A stretch of DNA of 62,217 bases, filler included, from Sphacelaria rigidula (taxonomy: Eukaryota), in assembly GCA_964200075.2 (NCBI GenBank). It is 10 parts of 10 records of this genome, joined end to end, with 100 filler letters (N's around TTAATTAATTAA, not from the genome) between each part and the next. Parts side by side here need not be neighbours in the genome. Positions count along the whole stretch, not along the records: positions 1 to 6,132 come from CAXNAA020022018.1; positions 6,233 to 12,364 come from CAXNAA020022019.1; positions 12,465 to 18,596 come from CAXNAA020022020.1; 7 more parts are not named here. One strand, 5' to 3'. The notes under the pieces are model-generated. The model was given only the letters and a program-made list of their open reading frames with translations. It was not told the origin of the DNA and made no database searches. The position numbers were made by a program, and so were the translations under genes. How positions within the stretch are numbered: position 1 is the first letter of the stretch; each line of letters starts with the position of its first letter. Below are positions 1-13,099 of the stretch, piece by piece.

Positions 1-1917
1 AACTCTCATCCATACTGCCTGACACCGTTTGGAACCAAAGATAAACGCAACGCAAGTGTGGAAGGATGTCTGACATACTCATGAGCCTCTTTTTTCGGGC
101 AACCAAATACCCCCCCCTATCGTAGGATGACTCACATATATATTGCCCTCGTGTGGCAGCCAATATATTGTTTGACAAATATATATATATTGCCGCCTTA
201 CCGCACCACATATTACTCGGCCGATATATGTTGAGGTGGCGCATATCGTGATATATTGTTCGGTCGATACATTTTGCACGTCGCGCGCCTCGACATATGA
301 ATCACGCAATAAATATTGACCTGTCTCGCGTGTCACCATATTGTTCGCCCAATATAGTTGACCACCCGACGTGTCGACATATTGAGCGGGCAATATGTAT
401 TACATATTGTATTGTACAGGGGGTGGAATTTTCTCGTGTAGTATTTGTCCTTGGCGCTCAAACGTCGTGGGGTCGATAGGAATCGGGAAGAGAAGCAGGT
501 CGTGCTCAGAACAAGATCGTCAAATAATGTTTTCGGGATAATACGGAGTAAGTTCCTTGGTCATCAGGGGGTGCTTTCGACCGTCGCTGGTCCAGAAATC
601 ATATTTTTCGGCTCTAGCGCAGTAAATAGCTAAACGTTTTGAACATCAATCCTCTTCATTTGGTGGTGAAAACTATTGGAATTGCTGCAATCGAGCAAAA
701 GTTCTCAGGGGTCAAAACCTGGGGCTGGGTGATCTGAGGACTCCCGCTTCCCAGTCACCCCGTAAATTGTTGAATAATGATCATATCTCTGTTTTCTTTT
801 TCTTTTTTTCCGATTGTGGAGGGGAGGATGAGTATCTCCCGATCGCCAAACTCAAGGACCAAATGTTTGCTGGGATAAGTGGTGGCACGTGAAACCACAT
901 TTTAATCCCCGATGACAAAAAAAACTACAAAAATGTGTTATTTCAGATGTCGACTACTGTAATCATGTGAGCGTGGAAAGGGGGGTAAATGAATCGCGAC
1001 TTTGTTTGCCGTCACGTGTGCGCATCCCCAGATGGAACATGTAAAAGCAAAGACGAAAAAATAGAAGGATGCGTTCACCATAGGACCAATGTACCAAGGA
1101 AAGCAGACATCACCAACTGCAACCGAAAATAGCGAACACCATTTGCAAGATTTTGACATTACCTGGCTCACCACACCACACCGAACACGACATCAGTCCC
1201 TTCTACTGTCGCCACACGATACCACGTCCTGTAATTTTGTACGGTCTCTGAACTGAGCCGAACGCCGTAGAAACACGTTTTCGTGGGATTGAGGTTACAG
1301 CGTTGATTAAGAGTGGATTCCATTACCCGCTTCAACTCGACCAATTTGTCATTCTCTGTGTGCTTTTTCTCGCCTGCAACACTGGCGTGTGCTCACAGCT
1401 GCACGTCGATATTCTACTCAGGGATATCCAAGGCTTCAGTGGCAAGCTAATACAGGAACCGTATCGGGCCTCGTGGAGGGACAATTGGGAATTGAAACGA
1501 TTCATTTATTCGTTGACCGCTTCTCACTCTCAATCCTCTCCTCTCCTCTCCTCTCCATCGCACGAGAACACTGTTTCCACCAGGTGCAAACCAGATTCTT
1601 CACCACGTCGCCAGTTATTTCCCCTTGCACGTTGGCAGTTTTCTTCACGCATTTGTTTTCCTTTTCACTCGATACTTCATTACTCTTTGCTGAGTTCCGT
1701 GGTCAGATACGAGTGCAAAACACGTGCACGCACTATTATCGAACAACCGCTTCGGAATCCGCTCCTTCTGATTCACAAACATCCGTCTGAAAAGCGTGTC
1801 TCCAGGTGATTCATTCAATGTTGCTCGTGCAGTTACTATAGGACGTTTCCGAGAGAGAAAATGACTCCGAACGGGGATGGCCCCCAATGCATGTTTTTCG
1901 CCCCCATTTCGTTGAAG

Positions 1918-2017
1918 GAAACGCCCGTTATCGGAGAGATCGAGAGATCGAAATTTGTCGACCCAGAGAATCACAAGATTGCCCGCGTCAAGCACGGTGC
2001 GGCCGGCTGTGCAGACG
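1918..2017 (+). CDS. Possible internal exon of an unidentified protein
   Basis: Pyrimidine tract and AG at 1916-1917; reads ETPVIGEIERSKFVDPENHKIARVKHGAAGCAD; candidate GT donor at 2018. No family recognised. Confidence 0.25.
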
Positions 2018-4706
2018 GTACACACACGAAGATACGGCAGCTCACGTCGAAAACAGACAGCACAGTGTACTATGCAGCAACGTTACATTGCAGCCCGTGC
2101 CGCTGTGTAACTGCACATCCAGTACCCACGGTGTGGCACATAGTTGTTCAAGCATGCGGCACAGCAGCAGCATACTGCGGGGTATATGCAGTGCTGCCGT
2201 GCAGATGGGGCAGCGTAGAACATAGCTACGGACAACGGACAGTCAGCGGCCGCTGTTTCGAACAGCAAGTTGTCAATGTTAAGTATCACGGTGGGCGGCC
2301 GTACGCGCCAATTTTTTTCAAAGGTTTACAAAACGGATTCGAAAACTGCTGTTCTTGGACGACTGTCACTGGCCGACGTTTTGATTCGCCGTCGCATTAA
2401 AGAAATCGGCCTGAATAACAAGGATTACTCGGGGAAATCGAGCCATTTTCACTTCGGGCCACACATAGTACAATTGCCGCGGGTTCTTACGGTGAGTCCA
2501 TCGTGGGGCACGGATTTTATTTCAAGTAATGCACTGTATGGTATGCGTTCTTCACGGCACGGTATTAAGTGGTCCGCATAATCTGTTTCACGATACGGCA
2601 CGGCACGGCACGGCAACAGAGATCCGCGATGCGGTTCCAATTGTGAACAAGGTAATAGTATTGGATTTGTATATTTGTGCGTGAATCACGAAAACTTTCA
2701 TTATACTGCGGGGCACGTTCCGGGCAAAGAAGGCTTGGCTCGGTTCGTATCATTTTGCTTGAACTTTCACTCCAAGGCTCACTTCAATCATGGGCCGAAT
2801 ACTTACAGCACCTTTACTCCGGAGTATTTATTTGTCGTAAAATCTGTTATGCCGAGTTGTGCCGTTTGTGTCATTACGTCGGTGCTCGCGTGTTTCCACA
2901 GCTGTTTCTGGAGGTCCGTCTTCACGGTTACATTTGTTCTCCCCCTGTTGTTCACGCCTGTCCCTTCCTTCTCAAGGTACCAGCTTTCGTGTGCGTGTCT
3001 CCCAAAGCAGCTAACACCATAGTGTGTTGTCGATTCCTGCTCGTGAATTGATTCGATGTTCGCTTCGTTCTCGAGTGTACGATACGTCTCCTTCTTCAGC
3101 ACACCTATTTCGTCTTAATCTAAAGGAGTCTTGAGAACGGCCAAATATCGTGGAATTCGTTATTTTCTTGTGACAGATTACATCTACCACGGCGTGTTAC
3201 TGCACTGCCAACTCTGCGCACTCATCTTCGAGACACGTTGCATTGCTCTGAGCGTCACTCCAGCTGTACCCCAGTAATGGTACGCGCCGATTTCCTCCAT
3301 TTTCACGATGTGTCACACTTGCGGAACTCCACCTCTAAACAAATACGGCACGCTATGGTTTTGTCATCCGAAGCGACGAAGACACGAGCAGGTCGTTCGT
3401 GCCTTGCATATGCGCACAAAAAACTGCCCCCCCAGAGCAGAGTGAGTGCCGATCACACCAAGCCCTGTGCTTCTAAACTGCATCACGCGGGAATTGGACG
3501 CACGGGCCACAGCTATTCGAGTCCCTGAAGATCCACACCTCCGCACGACCACCGCATGGCCCGTCGATAATCCCCGTCAGGTGTTACGCCAATGGCTTGT
3601 GCCACAGGATGTCGGTTGGTTAGAGTATGTGCAAGAGTCCTTGTTGCTATATCGAGGTGACGCATCAGAATTTTTCCAAGCCCAATAATCAGCGAGCTGC
3701 TTTGCGTTCATCCCGCCCTGTGAATGCGTTTCAGGTATCAGCGCTTATACGCTTCAGGCAAGAGGAAGATCAACGGAGTATCACCATTTTCCGAGAGGGG
3801 TGCATTTCCACGACCCTCACTACGAGCTGGGCCAGCCTAAAAACGGACTTATGCTCCCAAAGCAATATCTCAGCGACATACACGAGTTGGGCCACAATCC
3901 GCATATCGTATGAATCGTCTGGTCAAGGGAAATGTGCCCATATGCTGAAAAATCTGGGCCAATTTTTCCCCCTTGATTGAATCCCATGTCTAGTGATTCC
4001 TGAACCGTACGGATAGTGTCCACACAAAAATCTATATGAAACCCCGAACGATGCATTCAGCGGATGACGATATTTGTTGTGGATCTTCCCTGGAGCACGG
4101 GGAGACGATAAATACCCTCGCCTTCACCCAATTCGTAATCTATCTCGACATATGGAGCACATACGTTTTGAGACTAAAATCAACATATTACGAGCAGATG
4201 CACGAGATGCCCTAAATCTGGATATCGAGTCTCAGATTTTGAGAGTTGTGCCATAAAATTTGGTTCGGAGAACCGCTAGTGGATTATGGAAAAAAAAAAT
4301 GACTTATCCTTATTTCGTTGTTTTATTCATTTATTTTTCGTGTTTTTAGGGGAGTTTTGAGGAGGAATGAACATTGCTCTCAGGCCTTATCTCAATGTCT
4401 TAGCTTAACTTTGAGACTTGTGATTCGAAAATTAGCATGGAGAACGCCCGAACCTTTCTCGCAAAAACAAAATGGGCCTTCATCGTTTTTTTTGGGAGAG
4501 GTTCGGGTGTTCTCGTAAAAAATGGCCGTTGCCGTACTAAAGCGCCCAAAACCAGTGGAAAAAGTAAGACTCGTATGAAGAAAAATGACCCACTGAGTTG
4601 TGTTGATTATGCCCCAGCGGGGGCGCACACAAAATTTCAACACACCGAAACCAAACGTGGGCCGGTGAGTGGCCTTTGAAATACTGTTCGGAATTTTTAT
4701 CGATCC

Positions 4707-5457
4707 GGTTTTTGAAAGGCAAATGCGCCGGCCAATATTTAAAGTTGGAGCGTAAATTGTTTTATGGACAATGCATAGGGCATAAAAACAATATTCAAGA
4801 AGCACTAGATTTGTTTTCGTGAGTTGAGGGCAATATTCAGTTCTCAGGTATCAGTAAAATGCCCTTAGGCTACTTCTCACCTAAAACGAAATAAATCTTG
4901 TTGAAAAGTGCATTTTTGACCCTTTGCCGTCGTTTACCCCCGAAAAGAGGGCGAGGCGGATGTTGACACCTTGGAATGACTTGCTCTACTCGCTGAGGCC
5001 GTTCCAGAGCATATGTGCGTTTCCTGTAGGTCACGGTTCCGTCCTTCGCCAAAAGTGCATATTCAATAACGGTCATATTACCAAAAAAATGTCAGTTTTC
5101 CCCCTGTTTTTTCTTATAACTTGACCGTTTGTTATGAAGATGCAATCTTGGCCAAGGACGAAACTGTGACCTACGGGAAACGCAAAGGTGCTCTGGAAAC
5201 CTCTCGGCGAGTAGAGGCAATCATTCCAAGGTGTCAACATCCGCCCAGCCCTCTTTTCGGGGGGAAAACGACGGGGAAGGGCCAAAGATGCATTTTTCAA
5301 CAAGATTCATGTTTTGATACACAAAAAATAACCTTAACACACGAAAAAAAAAACTCATGGTGCTTCTTTGGTATTTTTTTTCATGCCTTCTGCATTCTCC
5401 ATACCATGGTTTACGCTCGAACTCCAAGTATTGGCCGGCGCATTCGCCTGCAAACCT
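4707..5457. mobile_element. Long palindromic (foldback/MITE-like) element, family D
   Basis: Arms ~4707-5075 and ~5121-5457 are reverse-complementary, e.g. aggcaaatgcgccggccaata vs tattggccggcgcattcgcct and ggcggatgttgacaccttggaatga vs tcattccaaggtgtcaacatccgcc. The same core recurs at 46860-47354, 49685-49755 and 51614-52100. Confidence 0.85.
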
Positions 5458-6014
5458 CAAATCCGCCTCTAGGCTGACCCAGCTCGTGCTTCTAAGGTGT
5501 GTCTTGTTTCAGCAGGTGGTGACAGGCGCGACTGATGTAGGCACAGCTGGCCATCATGCCCGCCGGCTAGTTCCGTACGGCGTGTGCATTAGTATTCACA
5601 ATCGCCCTGCCACGGGCCACCGCCGTCACACCTAGTGTAGAGCACCCTTTGCGTACCCACACAGGATACGGTGGTGTCTCCCAACAGCGTATGGTAGTGC
5701 GCTGCAAACGTGATGGATCGGCGTGTGCTGTCGTCCTCCACATCACCATCCACCTGGGGCAGGCTTTCGGCATTAATCGTTTAGTTGCCGAGGAATATCA
5801 CTCACATGAACTGAAGGTTCACCCAGCCTGTGTCACCCCCGATTCGAGGTGCACAAAGGAGAATGATCGCATGCCCGTCGTGTGTCCGCAAACCGGATGG
5901 GTAGAGAAACCATGCTAGCGACCTCGACACTGTAGGTCTCTGTGCATCTTCGGACTTCGACACCCCTTCCTTTGCATCAGCGGTGCCGCCACGCTGCGAA
6001 ATCACGTGCACTGC

Positions 6015-6085
6015 TCCGTCTCGAAAGTGGTGTGTGGTCAATGGTCAAACGACTAAGGCAAGCAACAAATGAGAACGTCCCCCCA
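6015..6085 (+). repeat. Dispersed repeat family B copy
   Basis: gtctcgaaag...ggtcaatggtcaaacgactaaggcaagcaacaaatgag; near-identical to 12465-12535 and to the reverse strand at 30300-30375 and 43760-43815. Confidence 0.85.
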
Positions 6086-6132
6086 CACCCCCACACCGCC
6101 ACAACCCGTCAACGCCCCCCCCAGCCCCTCCC

Positions 6133-6232
6133 NNNNNNNNNNNNNNNNNNNNNNNNNNNNNNNNNNNNNNNNNNNNTTAATTAATTAANNNNNNNNNNNN
6201 NNNNNNNNNNNNNNNNNNNNNNNNNNNNNNNN
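6133..6232. other. Artificial contig-joining linker
   Basis: 44 N + TTAATTAATTAA (stops in all six frames) + 44 N; the same 100-bp unit occurs nine times. Confidence 0.99.
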
Positions 6233-6305
6233 GCTCCGGGAATCGAACCCCCCAACTCAACCATCAGAAGGTTACGAGGTTACCAACTGAGCCACCGGGG
6301 CGACC
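6233..6305 (-). mobile_element. tRNA-derived SINE-like element, head only (truncated by contig end)
   Basis: Reverse complement reads ggtcgccccggTGGCTCAGTTGGtaacctcg...GGTTCGATTCCcggagc, giving Pol III A and B boxes; matches the head at 24937. Confidence 0.75.
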
Positions 6306-9300
6306 AGGTAGCCTCAACAAATTGATTATTTTTTTCCAGATGCATCGACATTTTCGCAGATTGACTACACTCCCATAACCGCAGAGGTAGCCCCTTTTGC
6401 TCTGTGAGGGGAGCCTCAGATGGACACATCGACATCAGTTTGCCTGGTCCGGAATTGCGCTTACGAAGGTATATGTGCTGCATGTAAAACAGTCATGCCG
6501 CAGTAACGTCCAGATGATCAACGGGGCTCCTGTCAGAATCCTGTGGTGCAATCCCAGCCATTACGCTCCACAAAACTGGGTCTGTGATTGGCCCGCATTT
6601 TGGATCCTTGCAGACACTACTCTACTGCTCCCTGGAGAGTATCTTACTGACTGTCTGTATATACGGAAGAATTTCGCCTACTGACATCAATACACCGTTG
6701 TATCCCTCCCCTCAAAATGAGCTCTACGATTTTCCTCCTTATCGGTAACCCCTCGGCCGCCAGGGTAGTCCATCTGGATCATATATAGTTGCTTAAAGAG
6801 AAAGTACAACCGATTCAACAGATGACCGATGCCCGCCGTCACAGGGTTACCCCTTTCAGCTTCCCCTCGGCCTGCTGCGATTTTGAGCCCCGCCAGTTTC
6901 TCGGGGCATGGCAACAGCGTATGAACGTTCCTGCGATCCTATCTGTCAAAAAAGAGAAACATGAAATCGTTTTAGATAGTAGCACAGTAAGATCCTACTA
7001 CGGTTCTCCTCGTCCACAAACTTGCAATCCTCCACGGGAACTTCAGGAGCCACAGCAGGCCGCGGGCGCTAGGACACGGTTAATTTTCCTGCGCGATGAG
7101 GGACGTCTATTTGTCTCCATTGCACGGTAAGTCAACATCTTGAACACCCGAACCCCTAGCCGAACGCTGAACGAACGGACTATCGGGCGAGGTTTGAAAA
7201 AAAAGTGCTAGGCCCATTAATCAACATACAAGATGAATTCACGGGCGAGGACGGGGGCAGATATCTTCTGTATCGCGTACGGCGCAACAATCAACCCAAA
7301 TTGCGTGTATAGAGCAGTGATGGATAGAGATGAGACCGAACAATCGACCCGTGCGGGGCACCAGAGTACACTGAAAGTGTTCAAATACTGTGGAGCACCA
7401 ACTGGTATTTTGATCACCACCTTGGCGCTCTACGCTCCACCTTACTCCTGTGCCGAGGTTTCAGGTACCCCACCTCATCTCAGTTGAGTGACATCAATAG
7501 TTATTACGAGAGGAAGCTGCTAAAAAAGGGTTACCATTGGTTGGGTCGGATATGGCGACAACTCCCGATATTAGCCACCCCCTATCCCGCCCTCTCTCAC
7601 CGATTGCTTCAACCCTTTGATCGTCGTAGGACAGGCAGGTCAGTTGTTGTGCGTCCGGATCATCCGGGTCTATCACTGTGGGCGCCGCGTTGAGCAGAAT
7701 TTCTGCCTCGTGCACCGACGCTGACATGGCCTTGAGGGAAGAGCTTACACAGTCGTGATTGACTAATGTTTGCTTATGGGCCTGGATCACGCCGCAGATC
7801 TTGAGAACATGAAACACCCGCTGTCGGCATGTTTTACACAGAGTCGGATGGATATTTCCGGAGCAGTAGAGACATGAAAACGAGGCATATATCTGATGTC
7901 TTACCGACTGGTCTGTGCTGCAGCATTCTGTTGTGCAATGTCCTACCGTATGGTCTATATGATTGATCTGCTGTCCTACCATACCGTACAGCAAATACAG
8001 CGCAAAACAGTGCAGACAACGTGGTGAAGCACCGCTCGCTGTGCACCGCGGGATGCCAGCGCACGGTACGTGTGCTGGTACACCACAACACCGTAGGTGC
8101 TCTCTGTTCGTGTAGTGGTTCCCAGCGGCAACCCAAGCCAACCGAGAGCGTGGAACGCACGCAACTACAAAGAGTACTGTTGTACTGTGATGTCTACTGA
8201 CTCTGCGGTACTATGCTCTTGCTTCTTTCAGATTGTGTTCACGTTAGTCGTTTGTAGCTAACGCAATCAAAAGGAAACTTGACCCACCCACCGTTTGTGC
8301 CGCGCCAAGGGTCTCTTGTGCAGAACTTGACGTCGGGAGGCCATGCTTCATCGCCATCACTCCAGCCAGCCTGACGAGAGACTTCAAATTACATCGATGC
8401 GAGATATAGCAGCGGCGTGCCGGCCTGTCTAACCCGTCGACGACAACAAAACGCTACAGACTCTTCATACTGTTGAAACCATTAAAACGCTTGCAGCTAC
8501 AGTATCTTCGTCGACACAACCGAAACCTACAGCTTAGTGAGCATTACCCATACATGTTGAGATGGAGATGAATGATCTATGGTTAGCGGCGAAACAACTG
8601 CTACCTACGCAAAAAACAGTTTCGAATGACATGACCGCATCTCTTCCGACTGCAGAACTGAAAAATCAGGCAAGTACACCAAACGAAAAAATTGTTTCCG
8701 GCGAAGGTAGGCGTTTGGTTTGCTATGGGTAGGTATATTTTTTCGGAATAGTTGCTACTCGTGGGGGGTATATACAGATGAAGTAATTTTACGAGTCTGG
8801 TTACAAGTCAAGTCATACATGAAAAGTGAAGGCGTTATCCAAAGAGGTGCACGGCAAAATCAGGGAATAAGCAAGTAGTTCAGGGCAGAGGCGTCGCAGG
8901 CAGAGCTTGCATCTCCAAGGCTGGCAAACGATGGGCGTATTCTTGAGCAAGCCCAGCACTGTAAAGGTGTGTATCGAGCACAGGTCCGGTGCGTTGCAGA
9001 TGGCACGGGGAAAACCACTCTGGTGCTCTCTTTTGTGTAAGAAGCATGCCACGTGCATTTTGACGTGCTCTGACAACAGGCCCAGAGCTTCGGTGCATCA
9101 AGCCGACGCTGTGCGTCGTATGTATAGTACTACTCATCATGTAGCCACAGCGTTTCATCCCACTGTATGTTGATGCAGTATTGTAGTGCCTCCGTAGTCC
9201 TTCTGCACTGAGCTGTACTGCACATATATGCGTCCTTCAAGAGAGATGCTCGTACAAAAGCTAGCAAACGTTGTGTTGTACTACTGTACTACGGGCGGTA

Positions 9301-11497
9301 CTATCCGTACAAAAGTTGTACCTTACCACAGCACGCGCACTGTAAAGTACTGTGTTTTGAATCATCTGCAGACCTGAAAAAAAGGCTCAACGGAAATGCT
9401 CCTCGATGTTGTGTTGGCCCGGCGCGGTCACGCTCGAGGAGAATGAAGCGGGGCGGGCACGGCGCCCTTTATTGTTGAGAGGTACAGTGCTCCCAAAGGT
9501 GTTGGTATTTGTTGTCTTGCTATACGAGTAGCCAGGTTCCATTTCCGAGGTCGAACGTTTTACCGACGCAAATGCACCGCGACTTTCGCTCGAAGCCCCA
9601 CAATTTGTCCTGCCGTGAGCTCCATACTCGTACAGACAGGCAGCACAACTATCAGACAGTATGTATCATCGTATGATTGAGTATCTCGCATCGATCCGAC
9701 GGAAACACAAGTACCGTGTAAGAACACTCTAAATTTTGCGCAGTATATGTTGTTGTTGTCGGGGACATGACGCGGGTACCGGTTCAGTTCAGGTGTCTCC
9801 GTTATGACAAGTAGAGTTGAAAACCATGACTCCCAAGTCCTGATCCCAACAGTAGTACAGTAGTGGGGCCTGCATCCCGGAACTACTGCACGGGTGGTCA
9901 TCTATCATGACAACAAAGTTGAACCCGTTCACCGCTAGCATAGGCCATCTGTTGAATCGCCTTCGGTTTCACTTGCAAAAGTAATTCATGGCCCAGATGA
10001 CCCACCCACGCGGTCAAAGGGTCAAACCTGGTGCGCCTGTTGTCCTTGTATGATGGCTCTGTATGTACGAAGTCCGGCGAGAGCTGGCCAAATCGAGCTG
10101 CATTTGTATGAAAAAATACCCATTTTTGAATCTTTGCTCAAACCTTTCGCTGTGGATTGTGTATACCCACAACCCCCCTAAAGAGGAAAAACTGATGTCA
10201 CCTCAAAAGCTTTTTTCCTCATGCGCACGTTTTACCACATTGTGTGGCACTGCCAGTAGTGGTGGCTGAAATCATCGCTCAACTCGGTCGTTGCCATGGG
10301 GCGGGGGGGTTGTTTTCGTGTGCCTGTGGGTAAAGCAGGGAGACCACCATCCCATCCCCGCCATGCCGCAATTTGTTTCGGTACTCACATGCAATTTGTT
10401 TTGGGCAGCCCGCTAGGCGACTGGCGATATTTCGTCACCCAATGACTATCAACAGGTACTATGTGCACAAATATATAGATACACTGCTGTACACTGTCGT
10501 AATGATCGTACTCTTGTGTACGGTCTGTCCAGTCCTCTTACTGAAGTGCGGCGTGGTATGTAACGACCAAGAACAGCATGCCGTGATGGGAAACGCGGCC
10601 GGCACCGCGAAGCGGTGTGTGCAGTATGTCGTGGTGCACGTGCAGCAGCGGTGCACGCTACAACATGAGCGTCAAGTGTTGCTATAAAATCAATAGGTTC
10701 TAGCGGAGCAGGTCTTGACCGCATCATCACCCAGAACAGCGGGCAGATCCGCGCACCTCCATCTGTAGTTCTGTAGGATCAACTACATGTTCACCTGATG
10801 ATGTATTTGTCGAACATGGTCGTCTGTTCACGCTCAAAGGATCAATTTTTTTATGACGGGGCGTTAGCTCGGAACGATATTTTTCGCTGACAGTCCCGTG
10901 GGATGCGAGGGAAGGGAGAAGGAGGGTGCTCGTAAAGAGGGGGGGTGAGGGTTGTACCCATTTCTAGCACGCCTCTAGGTCAACTCATGGGTACGCGGAG
11001 AAGAGGGTGACCATGTGACAATGAAAAATATCCGTGTGTTCAGGAAATCAAAAATAGCCCGGATAAAGTGACATACATCAGGAGAGGTGATTTTGGTTCG
11101 ATGGTGGAACACCTTTTGTTTTCGTCCAACGACAATGTTCACTGTAACTCGAACCCCCAACACAAGACAGACCGACAACTCAAGCGTAGAAGGGATCGCC
11201 CAAGCTGTGTCATTAGAATAGTGTGCTTTGCTCTGAACCGAAATGCATCCTTCGCAATCTGCTCACACCCACGCTGGATCAGCGATTGAGCGCTTGGGAC
11301 TGTGAGCCCGGATGCAACCGTGCGGTCTAGAAACAAGTATGTAGCCATCCATTGAAGCCCGTGGTCAGACGCTAATGGTTGACATGAACCATTATATTTT
11401 GTTCTTTAACCTTCCCGATACTCGTAGGATTTTTGAGATTTGCACAGGTCATATTTTAAGTCATCGGGCGAAACGTGACATTTTGGCGTTGTACGTC

Positions 11498-11730
11498 GTA
11501 CATCCGACTTCACGACCGACAACGGAAAGGGAACGCTGAACCAACTCTCGCGATACAAAGTAAGGCAAGCACCGCATAAGGAAGGTGGATTACTGAAACA
11601 AGATGAAAGTGAAGAAAACGCCTGTGTTGGCATTTCTTGTGTGTGATCCCGGCTGGTGCACCCAGCTATACCGAAGGTGTAGACTGGCGTCCAGAATAGA
11701 AAGGATGGCAATACACAAGGCACACACAAA
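11498..11730 (+). mobile_element. SINE-like family, body and tail fragment
   Basis: Aligns with 25075-25297: gaaagggaacgctgaaccaactctcgcgata...aaggcaagcaccgca...gtagactggcgtccagaata. Confidence 0.75.
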
Positions 11731-12364
11731 TAGACATCCACATCCACATCACCCATCATGATAAGAGTTGACCTGATACTGTAGAACATATTCCACATTC
11801 TTCATGAGAGTACCTGGGTGCGGGGCAAGCGTGGAGATCAGATACAAACCACCAGTAATATATGAAGGGCCGAATTGTGCCGAGGTCTCTGCCAAAAATC
11901 GTACTTGATAATTTCACTAGCAACGAGCACATCATCTTTTAGTTGACACTACTGTAGTCAGGCCTCGTCTCATCAAGTTGTTTTCGACTCGAAAACGTAC
12001 GGTGGAATCGGATTTGATCTCACCTGATACGTCCACGGCATCAATGTTCTCAACCATCTGAGAAAACAAAGAGCGTGCGCCAATCAGATACGAGGGAATT
12101 CGATTCGACTGCACGTTTTCGACACGAGAACAATTTGATAAGGCACGGCCTCAGTGTTGATGGTTGAAAAGTGTATGTGAGAGCCGGGTGAGACCCCCCT
12201 TGCGATCAAAATGTGAAATACAAAACAGTAGGGTCTTTTTTTGTACAATAATACTACCGTACTATAACAATAGTATAAGGTGGGGGTAGTATAAGGTGGG
12301 GGGTGAACCCTCCCGATGAGGGGTGTCGTTATGTCATGAGGTTCTTGTCTTAGTACACCTGGTA

Positions 12365-12464
12365 NNNNNNNNNNNNNNNNNNNNNNNNNNNNNNNNNNNN
12401 NNNNNNNNTTAATTAATTAANNNNNNNNNNNNNNNNNNNNNNNNNNNNNNNNNNNNNNNNNNNN
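12365..12464. other. Artificial contig-joining linker
   Basis: N44-TTAATTAATTAA-N44. Confidence 0.99.
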
Positions 12465-12652
12465 CGTCTCGAAAGGGATGCGTGGTCAATGGTCAAACGA
12501 CTGAGGCAAGCAACAAATGAGTACGCCCCCCCCCCGGCACATCACCAGCCTGGTCCGGCGAAAATCCGGCATGCCCCGTCCCGGCTTTGTAGGGATGCGA
12601 GGCCAATGGTCTGATGACTATGGCATGCATGATTATGAGTACACCCCCCCTG
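12465..12652 (+). repeat. Two head-to-tail family B motif variants
   Basis: agggatgcgtggtcaatggtc...atgagtacgccccccc followed by agggatgcgaggccaatggtc...atgagtacaccccccc. Confidence 0.85.
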
Positions 12653-13099
12653 GCAGAGGGGGCCCCGCCGGAGGCGCCGTGCCGGCGGCACGTTTCAACG
12701 CGATTTGGTTCCACTAGAGCTGAAATATACGTTCATTTTTGGCCAGTTTTCAAGGGCTGTATGAAGCATACGTAGCCGGTTACGGCTTAGATCTACAAAG
12801 GCGGTAACGATAAATAATGCTTAAAAACCATTTTTATCCAAACATTTCACAAAACCATTACCATTCTTGCCATAATAATAATAATGGCCAGTTGGAACTG
12901 GTACCACTTCCGAGCTCTTTTGTATGGGGTACTGCTTGGGTACTGTACTTATGTGACAGGGGGTGACACCGCAGCGACATATCGTAATAGGACGTTTTTT
13001 TCAACAGTGATCCGTTGAACGAGGCAACTATCTTCGACGAAAACAAGAACCCGCCTTACGAATGCTGGGTTGTGATCCTGAATAATAAGCTGTATTGAA

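Noticed and set aside
135..410. CRISPR array
   Set aside because: Repeats are only ~8 nt, degenerate and irregularly spaced; no cas genes; eukaryotic context.
3238..4256. Protein-like fragments on + (PITPSPVLL...; WIFPGARGDDKYP...)
   Set aside because: Broken by stops, no recognisable motif and no consistent splice structure; cannot be supported without a search.
4870..5303. Paralogous short ORFs (e.g. RMLTPWND) on opposite strands, also at 46858-47243 and 51959-52318
   Set aside because: They are translations of the arms of non-coding foldback elements.
6177..6188. TTAATTAATTAA recurring every ~6.23 kb as a biological periodic signal
   Set aside because: Always embedded in N44 pads; it is a synthetic linker. 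ORFs ending in X...LIN are artefacts of it.
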